A model generated the notes under the pieces. That model did no database searches. It had not been told where the DNA came from and worked only from the letters and a program-made list of their open reading frames with translations. Position numbers and translations under genes: made by a program. From Bacillota bacterium (lineage in GTDB: Bacteria; Bacillota; Limnochordia; Limnochordales; Limnochordaceae), in assembly GCA_017577405.1 (NCBI GenBank), contig PIUA01000025.1:5525-69524 (forward strand): 64,000 nucleotides of DNA, written 5' to 3'. This document shows, piece after piece, positions 1-9,077 of this stretch (position 1 is its first letter; the number at the start of each line of letters is the position of its first letter).

Positions 1-745
1 ACGCCTCCAGCACCCGGGGATGCCGGCGGACCTCGTCGGGGGTCCCGCTGGCGATGAGCCGGCCGAAGTCCAGCACGTGGACCACCTGGCAGAGGCCCAT
101 CACCATCCGCATTTGGTGCTCGATGAGGAAGATGGTCACCTGGAAGCTGGCCTGCAGCCAGCGGATTAGCTCCATCAGCGCCTCCACCTCCGCCGGGTTC
201 ATGCCCGCGGCCGGCTCATCCAGCAACAGGAGCCGGGGCCGGGTGGCCATGGCCCGGGCGATCTCCAGCCGCCGCTGGTCCCCGTAGGGGAGGCTCCCTG
301 CCGGTTCCAGGGCGTAGCGGGCCAGGCCGAACCGCTCCAGCCACTGGTAGGAGGCGGCGAGGATCGCCTCTTCCTCCTCCCGGAAGGGCCGGCCCCGGCT
401 CAGCCAGGCCCCCGGCCCGTAGGTGACCCGGGCGAAGTGGGCGATGCGGACGTTCTCCAGGGCGGTCAGGCCCTTGAAGAGGCGGATGGACTGGAAGGTC
501 CGGGCGATGCCCCGCTGGACGATGGCCGCGGGCGGAAGGCCCACGAGGTCCTGGCCGTCGAAGAGGATCCGGCCCCCGGTGGGCCGGTAGACGCCGGTGA
601 TCAAGTTGAAGACGGTGGTCTTGCCCGCGCCGTTGGGCCCGATGAGCGCCGTCAGCTCGCCCTCCGGCACCTGGAGGGTGAGGTCGGCGACGGCCTGGAG
701 GCCGCCGAAGCGGCGGCTCACCCCTTGAAGCTCAAGCAGGGCCAT
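1..745 (-). CDS. livG: Branched-chain amino acid ABC transporter ATP-binding protein (LivG-like), 3' end outside window
   Basis: Not in the ORF track. ATG at 745 reads MALLELQGVSRRFGGLQAV..., with Walker A GPNGAGKTT, LPYGDQRRLEIARA and LLLDEPAAG. Overlaps the end of livM. Confidence 0.9.
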   Translation of the reverse strand, partial: MALLELQGVSRRFGGLQAVADLTLQVPEGELTALIGPNGAGKTTVFNLITGVYRPTGGRILFDGQDLVGLPPAAIVQRGIARTFQSIRLFKGLTALENVRIAHFARVTYGPGAWLSRGRPFREEEEAILAASYQWLERFGLARYALEPAGSLPYGDQRRLEIARAMATRPRLLLLDEPAAGMNPAEVEALMELIRWLQASFQVTIFLIEHQMRMVMGLCQVVHVLDFGRLIASGTPDEVRRHPRVLEA

Positions 746-1793
746 GGGGTCCCACCCTCCCTGCCTCGCCCGCCGGGGGCCACCCTTGGCGGCCTCGGCC
801 CAGGGCCTCCAGGCGGGCCCGGAGGTTCCGCTCCTCCCGCGGAATGAAGGCGACGAACTCCCGGAGGCCCATGATGCCCGTGGGCCTCAGGATCATGAGG
901 AAGACCAGGAGGAGCGGGGCGATAGCCATCCGCCACTGGCCCAGGAAGCGGAGCCACTCCAGGGCCACGGTGTAGACGGTCGCCCCGATGACCGAGCCGG
1001 CCAGGGACCCGATCCCGCCCAGGTAGACCATGACCAGGATCTCCGTGGAGCGGACGATGTCGAAGCTCCTTGGGGTGATGAACTGGACCACGTGGGCGAA
1101 GAGCCCCCCGGCCAAGCCCGCCAGGGAGGCGGAGAGGATGAAGGCATGGAGCTTCACCCGGCGGGTGTCCACCCCGAGGAGCTCCGCGGCCACCTCATCC
1201 TCCCGGATGGCCAGCACCCCCCGGCCCAGGTTGGCGTAGATGAAGTTGCGCAGGAGCCAGAGGGAGGAGATCACCCAGAAGACCACCCAGGGCAGGGTGG
1301 TGAGGCGCTGCATCCCCAGGAAGCCCCGGGGCCCGCCGATCACCTCCAGGTTCTCAATGGCGCTCTTGACGATCATGTTCAGGGCCAGGGTGACGATGGC
1401 CAGGTAGTCGCCCCGGGTCCGGAAGGAGGGGAAGGCGACCAGTAGCCCCACGATCCCCGCGGCGAGGCTGCCCACCAGGAGGGCCAGGGGGAAGAGGAGC
1501 GGGGCGGCCTGGAAGGGGAAGAGCCGGACGGTGATGAGGGACGAGACGTACGCCCCCACGGCCATGAAGGCCGCATGGCCCACGGCGAACTCCCCCATGT
1601 AACCGTTGACCAGGTTGAGGCTGGCGGTGAGGATGATGTGGATCCCCACGTACATCAGGATCTGCTGCTGGTAGGGGTTGAGCCACCCGTACCGGTGGAT
1701 GAGCCACGCGGCCAGAAGGAGCCCGGTCAGGACCAGGGGCCAGCTGGCCGGCCTCGCGAAGAAGGCGGTGGTGAGATCGGCGGCCCGGCTCAC
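732..1793 (-). CDS. livM: Branched-chain amino acid ABC transporter permease (LivM-like)
   Basis: Hydrophobic 353 aa with SLNLVNGYMGEFAVGHAAF, RGDYLAIVTL and AIREDEVAAELLG motifs. Confidence 0.92.
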   Translation of the reverse strand: MSRAADLTTAFFARPASWPLVLTGLLLAAWLIHRYGWLNPYQQQILMYVGIHIILTASLNLVNGYMGEFAVGHAAFMAVGAYVSSLITVRLFPFQAAPLLFPLALLVGSLAAGIVGLLVAFPSFRTRGDYLAIVTLALNMIVKSAIENLEVIGGPRGFLGMQRLTTLPWVVFWVISSLWLLRNFIYANLGRGVLAIREDEVAAELLGVDTRRVKLHAFILSASLAGLAGGLFAHVVQFITPRSFDIVRSTEILVMVYLGGIGSLAGSVIGATVYTVALEWLRFLGQWRMAIAPLLLVFLMILRPTGIMGLREFVAFIPREERNLRARLEALGRGRQGWPPAGEAGRVGPHGPA

Positions 1794-1847
1794 CAGCCGG
1801 CGGGGCGCGGCGGGCGTGGACGGGACGATGGCGGCTCCCTCCTTCCC

Positions 1848-2726
1848 CTAGACCTTCTGGACCTCCCGCCGCCCCAGAATCCCCTGGGGGCGGAAGATCA
1901 GGAGCAGCAAGAGCAGGCCGAAGGCGATGAAGTCCCGGTAGGTGGAGGGCAGGAAGGCGGCCACCAGCACCTCCGCCCCGCCCAGGACGAAGGCGCCCAG
2001 CATCGCCCCCCGGATGACGCCGATGCCGCCCACCACCGCGGCCACGAAGGCCTTCCAGCCTACCAGCACCCCCATGTAGGGCTCGATGACGGGATAGGCG
2101 GTGGCGTAGAGGAGCCCGCCCGCCGCGGCCAGCCCCGAGCCGATGGCGAAGGTGAGGGCGATGATCCGGTCCACCGAGATGCCCATCAGGGGCACCACGC
2201 TCTTGTCCCAGGAGACGGCCCGCATGGCCATCCCCGTCAGGGTCCGGTTGACAAACCGGTCCAGGATCAGCATGAGGAGGAGGGCCACCAGGAAGATGAC
2301 CAGCTGGACAGTGGTCACCCGGACGGGCCCCGCCTGGTAGACGGCGCTGGCGATGAGGGGCGGCATGAGCCGGGGCTGGGCCCCTACCGAGGCCAGGGTG
2401 AAGTGCTCCAGGAAGAGCCCCACCCCCAGCGCGGTGATGACGGCCGAGACCCGGGGCGCGTGCCGCAGGGGGCGGTAGGCCAGGCGTTCGATCATGACCC
2501 CCAAGAGCGCGGTGGCCGCCATGCTGGCCAGCAGGGTGGGGAGGAAGGGGAGCCCCAGGACGGCCGCGGCGAAGAAGCTGAAGAAGGCGCCCACCATGAA
2601 GATGTCGCCGTGGGCGAAGTTGATCAGGCGGAGGACGCCGTAGACCAAGGTGTAGCCCAGGGCGATGAGGGCGTAGATGCTCCCCAGCTGGAGGGCGTTG
2701 ACCATCTGCTGGGCGACGAACGGCAT
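1848..2726 (-). CDS. livH: Branched-chain amino acid ABC transporter permease (LivH-like)
   Basis: GSIYALIALGYTLVYGVLRLINFAHG and KAFVAAVVGGIG motifs. Confidence 0.93.
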   Translation of the reverse strand: MPFVAQQMVNALQLGSIYALIALGYTLVYGVLRLINFAHGDIFMVGAFFSFFAAAVLGLPFLPTLLASMAATALLGVMIERLAYRPLRHAPRVSAVITALGVGLFLEHFTLASVGAQPRLMPPLIASAVYQAGPVRVTTVQLVIFLVALLLMLILDRFVNRTLTGMAMRAVSWDKSVVPLMGISVDRIIALTFAIGSGLAAAGGLLYATAYPVIEPYMGVLVGWKAFVAAVVGGIGVIRGAMLGAFVLGGAEVLVAAFLPSTYRDFIAFGLLLLLLIFRPQGILGRREVQKV

Positions 2727-2813
2727 GGCGAACCTCCCCTCGCGAGGCGGAATGGGCGGGTGCTCAGGGATCTGGCCGCGGCCCGGGGGTGGGGCCGCGG
2801 CCAGCCTCCCGCC

Positions 2814-3950
2814 TTAGGGGGCAGCGCTGCCGAAGTAGCGGAAGGCGCCCTCCTGGATCTGGAGGACCACCGCGGTCTTCTCCGGATCCCCCGAGCCGCG
2901 GAAGCTCATGGTGCCGGTGACGCCCGTGAACTCGGTGATCTGGGCGAGGGCCTCCCGGATCGCCTCCCGGTCGGTGGAGCCCGCGGCCTGGATGGCCTGG
3001 AAGAGCATGCCAAAGGCGTCGTAGGTGAGGGCGGCCACATCGTCGGGGGTGGCGCCGTAGCGGGCCTCATACCCCTCGATGAAGCGGCGGGCCTCCGGGG
3101 TGGCGATGTCGGGGGCGTAGTGGGTGGTGAAGTACTGGCCCTCCATGGCCTGGCCGCCCAAGGTGATGATCTCCGCGCTCCCCCACGAGTCGCTGCCCAC
3201 GACGGGGCCGGAGTAGCCCAGGTTCCGGGCCTGCTGGATCTGGAGCGGCACCTCGCTGTAGTAGTTGGGGAGGAAGAGGACGTCGGGCTGGAGGGCGGTG
3301 ATCCGGGTCAGCTGGGAGCTGAAGTCCCGGTCGCCGGTGGTGTAGGTCTCAAAGGCGACCACCTGGCCGCCCAGCTCGGTGAAGGAGCTCCGGAAGATCT
3401 CGGCGATCCCCTTGTTGTAGTCGCTGGCCACATCGTAGAGGACCGCGGCCCGCCGGGCGCCCAGGTCGTTGTAGACGAAACTGGCCACCACCCGGCCCTG
3501 GAAGTCGTCGGTGAAGCAGGCCCGGAAGACGTACCGCTTCCCCGCGGTGGTCTGGGGGTTGGTTGACCAGGGGGAGATCATGGGGGTCCGGGCCGACTCG
3601 GCGATGGTGGCGGCAGGGATGGCGTCCCGGCTCGCGTTGGGGCCGATCATGGCCACCACCCGGTCCTGGTAGATGAGCTTCTGGGCGACCGCGGCGGCGA
3701 TGGCCGGGTTGTCCTGGTTGTCCTCGATGATCAGGCGGACGGGACGGCGGGTGCCACCGACCAGGAGTCCCCCGGCCGCGTTGACCTCGTCCACCGCCAT
3801 CAGGGCCGCGTTCCGGCTGGACTGGCCGACGACGGGAATGCTGCCCGTCAGCTCCGCGTTGAGGCCGATGACGATCTCCTGGGCGGAAGCGACCCCCCAC
3901 GCTCCGCAGGCCAGGGTGAGCACCAGGAGCAGGAGCAGCCGACGGCGCAC
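2814..3950 (-). CDS. Liv-family ABC substrate-binding protein
   Basis: Signal peptide (…VASA/QE); ISPWSTNP, YVFRACFTDDFQG and AALTYDA motifs; first gene of the liv operon; RBS GAGGAGGAAGG. Confidence 0.92.
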   Translation of the reverse strand: MRRRLLLLLVLTLACGAWGVASAQEIVIGLNAELTGSIPVVGQSSRNAALMAVDEVNAAGGLLVGGTRRPVRLIIEDNQDNPAIAAAVAQKLIYQDRVVAMIGPNASRDAIPAATIAESARTPMISPWSTNPQTTAGKRYVFRACFTDDFQGRVVASFVYNDLGARRAAVLYDVASDYNKGIAEIFRSSFTELGGQVVAFETYTTGDRDFSSQLTRITALQPDVLFLPNYYSEVPLQIQQARNLGYSGPVVGSDSWGSAEIITLGGQAMEGQYFTTHYAPDIATPEARRFIEGYEARYGATPDDVAALTYDAFGMLFQAIQAAGSTDREAIREALAQITEFTGVTGTMSFRGSGDPEKTAVVLQIQEGAFRYFGSAAP

Positions 3951-4017
3951 AGGACCTTCCTCCTCTCAGAGTGTGGGAATCGAGCGAATTGACAGTCTAG
4001 ACCGAGTACCCACGACA

Positions 4018-4044
4018 ATTCCACCCGGAGGAGGGGAATCCTGC
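4018..4044 (-). promoter_or_regulatory. SigH-like promoter of the liv operon
   Basis: Minus strand reads GCAGGATTC-N11-GTGGAAT, matching the B. subtilis SigH consensus RCAGGAWWW-N11/12-RNNGAAT. Confidence 0.6.
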
Positions 4045-4181
4045 CGCGGGAGCCGGACGATCTGCGCGCGAGTATACAAACATTTTCCGGTCGGTTTGAT
4101 TAGAATTAGCTATGATCATCAGGAAGGCGGCCCTTCCCGGGCGGCCGGATCATAGCGTAGAGAAGGGGGTTTGGCTGACCT

Positions 4182-5063
4182 ATGGCGGCACACGGCGCCG
4201 TTGAGGCTGCCATCCAAGCCAAGGGGTACGCCCACCCGGAAGCCCTGGTCACCACCCAGTGGGTGGCCGACCACCTGGACGATCCCAATGTCCGCCTGGT
4301 GGAGTCCAACGAGGACGTGCTCCTCTATGATCTGGGGCACATCCCCGGCGCGGTGAAGATCGACTGGCAGACGGACCTGCAGGATCCGGTGATCCGGGAC
4401 TACCTGGATCCCGAAGCCTTCGCCCGGCTGGCCAGCTCCAAGGGCATCGGACCTGACACGACCGTCGTCTTCTACGGGGACAAGAACAACTGGTGGGCCT
4501 GCTACGCGTTCTGGGTCTTCAAGCTCTTCGGCCACCGGGATTGCCGCATCATGGATGGGGGCCGGGCCCTCTGGGAGGCGGAAGGGCGGCCCCTGGTCCG
4601 GGAGGTGCCCCAGTACCCGGAGACAGCCTACCCCGTGCCCAGCCGGCAGGACTCTCTGATTCGGGCCTTCCGGGAGGACGTGGAGGCCCACATCCGGGCC
4701 CGGAAGCCCCTGGTGGACGTCCGCTCGCCGGACGAGTACTCTGGAAAGAAGCTGCACATGCCCGAGTACCCCCAGGAGGGGGCCCTGCGGGGCGGCCACA
4801 TCCCCGGGGCTCGGAATGTGCCCTGGGCCCAGGCGGTCCGGGAGGACGGCACCTTCAAGAGCGCGGAGGAGCTGCGGGCGATCTACGTGGAGCGGGAAGG
4901 GCTGAAGCCTGAGGACGACGTGATCGCCTACTGCCGCATCGGCGAGCGGAGCTCCCACACCTGGTTCGTCCTCACCTACCTGCTGGGCTTCGCCAAGGTA
5001 CGGAACTATGACGGTTCCTGGACCGAGTGGGGGAACCTGGTGCGGGCCCCCATCGAACGCTGA
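4182..5063 (+). CDS. Two-domain rhodanese / thiosulfate sulfurtransferase (SseA/CysA type)
   Basis: [18 protein letters not shown] twice, active site YCRIGERS and C-terminal YDGSWTEWG signature. Confidence 0.95.
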   Translation: MAAHGAVEAAIQAKGYAHPEALVTTQWVADHLDDPNVRLVESNEDVLLYDLGHIPGAVKIDWQTDLQDPVIRDYLDPEAFARLASSKGIGPDTTVVFYGDKNNWWACYAFWVFKLFGHRDCRIMDGGRALWEAEGRPLVREVPQYPETAYPVPSRQDSLIRAFREDVEAHIRARKPLVDVRSPDEYSGKKLHMPEYPQEGALRGGHIPGARNVPWAQAVREDGTFKSAEELRAIYVEREGLKPEDDVIAYCRIGERSSHTWFVLTYLLGFAKVRNYDGSWTEWGNLVRAPIER

Positions 5064-5158
5064 GGCGTCCGGGAGCCGCGGGTCCAAGGAGCACCGGGGC
5101 GCGTCCCTCTCCGCGAGCGGCGGAGGGGCGCGCCCCGTCTGAGATGGGAGTGGGGCGG

Positions 5159-5593
5159 GTGGACCGCCAGACGCAGATCGAGTTCCTCAGCGATCACTAC
5201 CGGAATCCCCGGGGACGGGGCCCCCTGCCCGGTGCCGATGTGGTCCTCCCCGGCGGCAACCCGGGATGCGGCGACGTGGTGACCATCTACCTGAAGGGGG
5301 ACGGCCAAGGGGGCATCGACCAGGTCCAGTTCGAGGGCGAGGGGTGCACCATCAGCCAGGCGGCCGCTTCGGTCCTCATGGAGCTGGTCGCCGCGGGTCA
5401 GCTCGATGCCGAGAGCATCCTGGCCATGGACGGTACGGACATGATGGACATCCTGGGGCGGGAACTGGTGGCCTCCCGGCCCAAGTGCGCCACCCTTGCC
5501 CTGGGCACCTTAAAGACCGCCCTCCGCCAGTACCGGCGGAAGCTGGCCCTGGAGCGGGCAAGCCAGGAGGACCGGCCCGGCGGTGGGCTCTAA
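5159..5593 (+). CDS. IscU/SufU-family Fe-S scaffold or sulfur-transfer protein
   Basis: DHYRNPR, NPGCGD, GEGCTISQAAAS and RPKCATL (three conserved Cys). Start placed at GTG 5159; ATG 5144 is an alternative. Confidence 0.88.
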   Translation: MDRQTQIEFLSDHYRNPRGRGPLPGADVVLPGGNPGCGDVVTIYLKGDGQGGIDQVQFEGEGCTISQAAASVLMELVAAGQLDAESILAMDGTDMMDILGRELVASRPKCATLALGTLKTALRQYRRKLALERASQEDRPGGGL

Positions 5594-5720
5594 GAAGAGG
5601 AGGTCCGGGGCCCGCGTGGAAGGTTGGGCTGTCACCAGGGGTCCCTGGGCCGGGTGAGACCAGGGTGGGAGGGGGCAGGAGGCCACGGGAGCGGGTCAAC
5701 CGCCGGAGCAGCCGGTCGAC

Positions 5721-6875
5721 GTGGTGCTCCTGGAAGCGAGCTACGGCAGGGGGCACGCCCACGCGGCGGCCGCCCTGGCCGCGAGCTTGGCGGAGCTGGC
5801 GCCCTCCCTTCGGGTGGAGCGGGTCGACGTCTTCGATCGGATCAGCCCTGCCCTCAATGAGGCGACCCGCTACGCCTACATCCAGTGCCTGATCCACGTG
5901 CCGCTGCTCTGGCGGGAGGTGTACGAGCGGACCCGGCACGTCCCGCCCGACTCCCCCTGGCAGCTCTTGGACCGGGCGGCGGCTCGGCGGGTTGGGCGCT
6001 TCCTGGCGGGCAAGCGTCCCCGGGCGGTGGTGGCCACCCATCCAGGACCGGCCCGGCTGGCCGGAGCGTTGCGGGCTGCGGGCCAGCTGGACGCCCCCGT
6101 CTTCGCGGTGGTGACCGACTACGTGGTCCACGGCCTTTGGGCCCATCCCGGGGTGGACTGGTACCTGGTGGGCCATGAGGCGGTCCGGGACGGGCTCACC
6201 GCGCGGGGGATCGACCCGGCCCGGGTGGCGGTCACGGGGATCCCCATCCATCCCCGCTTCGGCCGCCCGGCCGACCGAGAGCGGCTCAGGCGGGCGTGGC
6301 AGCTGGGCCCGGAGCCGGTGGTCCTCTTCATGGCCGGCAGCGCCGGCCTGGTTCGGGGCATGGAGGACGCGTGCCGGGCCCTGGTCCAGGCCCAGGGGCG
6401 CTTCCAGCTCCTGGTGGTGGCCGGCCGGGACGGGGTCTTGGAGCGGCGCTTGCGGGCGGCTGTGGCCGGGGCGGCCCGGCCGGCGCGGGTGCTGGGCTTC
6501 GTCGACCGGGTGGACGAGCTGATGAGCCTGGCCGACCTGCTCCTCTCCAAGGCGGGGGGCCTGACGGTGAGCGAGGCCCTGGCCAAGGGGCTGCCCATGG
6601 TGATCTACCGGCCCATCCCCGGCCAGGAGGAGGGGAATGCGGCCTTCCTGGTGGCCCACGGGGCGGCCCGGGTCACCCGGGAACCCCAGGAGCTGGTGGC
6701 CCAGGTCCAGCACCTTCTGAGGAGCCCAGGGCTCAGGGCTCAGATGGCGGCGGCCGCCTCCCAGTTGGGCCGGCCGCAGGCTGGGTTGGCGGCGGCTGGT
6801 CTGCTCCTGGAGGCCGCCGGACTGGCGGGGCGGGATGGAGGCCCGAGGCGCGATGGTGGCGATGGGTTGGGCTAA
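5721..6875 (+). CDS. MGDG synthase / UgtP-like diacylglycerol glycosyltransferase (GT28)
   Basis: ASYGRGH, VVATHP, VVTDY..H..W, VTGIPI, SKAGGLTVSEA and PIPGQEEGNA motifs. Exact start uncertain. Confidence 0.88.
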   Translation: MVLLEASYGRGHAHAAAALAASLAELAPSLRVERVDVFDRISPALNEATRYAYIQCLIHVPLLWREVYERTRHVPPDSPWQLLDRAAARRVGRFLAGKRPRAVVATHPGPARLAGALRAAGQLDAPVFAVVTDYVVHGLWAHPGVDWYLVGHEAVRDGLTARGIDPARVAVTGIPIHPRFGRPADRERLRRAWQLGPEPVVLFMAGSAGLVRGMEDACRALVQAQGRFQLLVVAGRDGVLERRLRAAVAGAARPARVLGFVDRVDELMSLADLLLSKAGGLTVSEALAKGLPMVIYRPIPGQEEGNAAFLVAHGAARVTREPQELVAQVQHLLRSPGLRAQMAAAASQLGRPQAGLAAAGLLLEAAGLAGRDGGPRRDGGDGLG

Positions 6876-6978
6876 GATGGGGGCCTATTCCGAGAAGCTC
6901 GGTCGGGATGGCCCGGGCCCCGTCGGACATCCAGGGGCCGGGGGAGGCAAAGGGCATTCAATTCGGCCTTTCCTTGCC

Positions 6979-7007
6979 TTGACGCTGGGGAATCCCCCCC
7001 ATATAAT
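6979..7007 (+). promoter_or_regulatory. SigA promoter of sufB
   Basis: TTGACG (6979-6984), 17 bp, TATAAT (7002-7007). Confidence 0.8.
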
Positions 7008-7113
7008 GACTGGCGACGGCAGGGCTATGGGCTGAAAACCAACTAACGAACTCGGTTTTGCCCCGGTTCGCCGTGGGGGCGGGCGGAGCCCGGGGCCGAA
7101 GGAGGTTGGGATC

Positions 7114-8514
7114 ATGGGCAAGGCGGTCGTCGATCTCGGCGAGTACAAGTACGGCTTCCGCGACCCAGAGCAGTACGTCTACGATACGGGCAAGGGGCTC
7201 TCCCGGCGGGTGGTGGAGGAGATCTCCTCGATTAAGGGCGAGCCCCAGTGGATGCGCGACTTCCGCCTGAAGGCGCTGGAGATCTTCGAGAAGAAGCCCA
7301 TGCCCACCTGGGGTGGCGACCTCTCCAAGCTCAACTTTGACGAGGTGCGCTACTTCGTGCGGGCCAGCGAGCGGCAGGGCCGGAGCTGGGACGAGGTCCC
7401 CGAGCAGATCAAGCGGACCTTTGACCGGCTCGGCATCCCCGAGGCGGAGCAGAAGTTCCTGGCCGGCGTCTCCGCCCAGTACGAGTCGGAGGTCGTCTAC
7501 CACAACATCCGGAAGGACCTGGAGGCGCAGGGCGTCATCTTCTGCGACATGGACACCGCCGTCCGGGAGTACCCCGACCTGGTGCGGGAGTACTTCGGGA
7601 CCGTGGTGCCGCCGGGCGACAACAAGTTCGCCGCGCTCAACAGCGCGGTCTGGAGCGGCGGCAGCTTTGTCTACGTACCGGCCGGGGTGAAGGTGGAGAT
7701 CCCCCTGCAGGCCTACTTCCGCATCAACGCCCAGAACATGGGCCAGTTTGAGCGGACCCTGATCATCGCCGAGCCGGGGAGCTTCGTCCACTACATCGAA
7801 GGCTGCACGGCCCCCATCTACTCCACCGACTCCCTCCACGCCGCGGTGGTGGAGATCATCGTCAAAGAGGGCGCCCGGGTCCGGTACACCACCATCCAGA
7901 ACTGGTCGACCAACGTCTACAACCTGGTGACCAAGCGGGCCGTCGCCTACCGGGACGCCACCATGGAGTGGGTCGACGGGAACCTGGGCTCCAAGCTGAC
8001 CATGAAGTACCCCAGCATCTACCTGATGGAGCCTGGGGCCAAGGGCGACGTCCTCTCCATCGCGTTCGCCGGCCATGAGGGCCAGCACCAGGATGCCGGG
8101 GCCAAGATCTACCACATGGCGCCCTACACCACGTCGACCATCGTCAACAAGTCCATCTGCAAGAACGGCGGCATGACCACCTACCGGGGGATCGTGCACG
8201 TCGCACCCGACGCCCACCACTGCAAGTCCAACGTCAAGTGCGACGCGCTCATCCTCGACAACCGGTCCAAGACCGACACCATCCCCGACATGGAGATCAT
8301 GAACAACACCGTCGCCATGGAGCACGAGGCGTCGGTCTCCAAGGTGTCGGAGGAGCAGCTCTTCTACCTCATGAGCCGGGGCTTGTCGGAGCAGGAGGCG
8401 ACCCTCATGGTGGTCATGGGCTTCATGGAGCCCTTCGCCAAGGAGCTTCCCATGGAGTACGCCGTGGAGCTGAACCGGCTCATCGAGCTGGAGATGGAAG
8501 GTTCGGTTGGCTGA
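7114..8514 (+). CDS. sufB: Fe-S cluster assembly protein SufB
   Basis: [47 protein letters not shown] and C-terminal [23 protein letters not shown]. Confidence 0.97.
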   Translation: MGKAVVDLGEYKYGFRDPEQYVYDTGKGLSRRVVEEISSIKGEPQWMRDFRLKALEIFEKKPMPTWGGDLSKLNFDEVRYFVRASERQGRSWDEVPEQIKRTFDRLGIPEAEQKFLAGVSAQYESEVVYHNIRKDLEAQGVIFCDMDTAVREYPDLVREYFGTVVPPGDNKFAALNSAVWSGGSFVYVPAGVKVEIPLQAYFRINAQNMGQFERTLIIAEPGSFVHYIEGCTAPIYSTDSLHAAVVEIIVKEGARVRYTTIQNWSTNVYNLVTKRAVAYRDATMEWVDGNLGSKLTMKYPSIYLMEPGAKGDVLSIAFAGHEGQHQDAGAKIYHMAPYTTSTIVNKSICKNGGMTTYRGIVHVAPDAHHCKSNVKCDALILDNRSKTDTIPDMEIMNNTVAMEHEASVSKVSEEQLFYLMSRGLSEQEATLMVVMGFMEPFAKELPMEYAVELNRLIELEMEGSVG

Positions 8515-8536
8515 ACGGGCAGAACCCCCTCGTCCT

Positions 8537-8568
8537 GCCAGGGTCGCCGGCAGTCCGGCGACCCTGGC
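8537..8568. repeat. Perfect 14-bp inverted repeat after sufB
   Basis: GCCAGGGTCGCCGG-CAGT-CCGGCGACCCTGGC with no U-tract. Confidence 0.8.
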
Positions 8569-8688
8569 GCGTTGAGCGGAGTTTTCCGATGGCTCCGGCA
8601 AGGCCCGGCCCCGGAGGAAGAGGGATCGCGGACGAGAAAGGAATCGGGGATGGAAGGTGCCTCGATCGACCCATGATGATGCGGGGGG

Positions 8689-9015
8689 TTGGGTGACGTG
8701 GCTGAGTGGATCCGCCTGGCCGAGGCCTCGGAGATGAAGGTGGGCGAGGCCCGCCGGTTTGTGGTGGGCAACCAGGCCATCGCCCTCTTCCGCCTGGCCG
8801 ACGGCTTCTTCGCCATCGGCGACCGGTGCTCCCACGCGGAGGCCTCCCTGGCCGAGAGCGACGTGGACCCGGAAGCGGGGGAGGTGGCCTGCCACCGCCA
8901 CGGAGCCCGGTTTGACATCCGGACGGGGAAGAACCTCAGCCTGCCGGCCACGCGCCCGGTGCCCCGGTTCCCTGTCCGGGTGGTGGACGGGCAGGTGGAG
9001 GTGGCGATCGAGTAA
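8689..9015 (+). CDS. Rieske-type [2Fe-2S] ferredoxin
   Basis: DRCSHAEASL…ACHRHGARFDIRTG (C-x-H…C-x2-H ligands). Confidence 0.92.
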   Translation: MGDVAEWIRLAEASEMKVGEARRFVVGNQAIALFRLADGFFAIGDRCSHAEASLAESDVDPEAGEVACHRHGARFDIRTGKNLSLPATRPVPRFPVRVVDGQVEVAIE

Positions 9016-9077
9016 GGCGGCGCGCCGGGGCCGGCGCGTCTGGGGTGGGAACTGACGTGGACGAAGGGGGCAAGATC

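Noticed and set aside
1575-3566. Long antisense and alternate-frame ORFs throughout (e.g. 1575-3566, 6958-8901, 15238-17964, 18243-20543, 48878-51394)
   Set aside because: All overlap well-supported genes; stop codons are rare at this GC content; translations are low-complexity with no domain motifs.
5594-5720. Possible upstream extension or read-through of the glycosyltransferase (GTG 5616, in-frame TGA shortly after)
   Set aside because: The upstream peptide has no family resemblance and no recoding signal is visible; the conserved ASYGxGH motif begins right after 5721.
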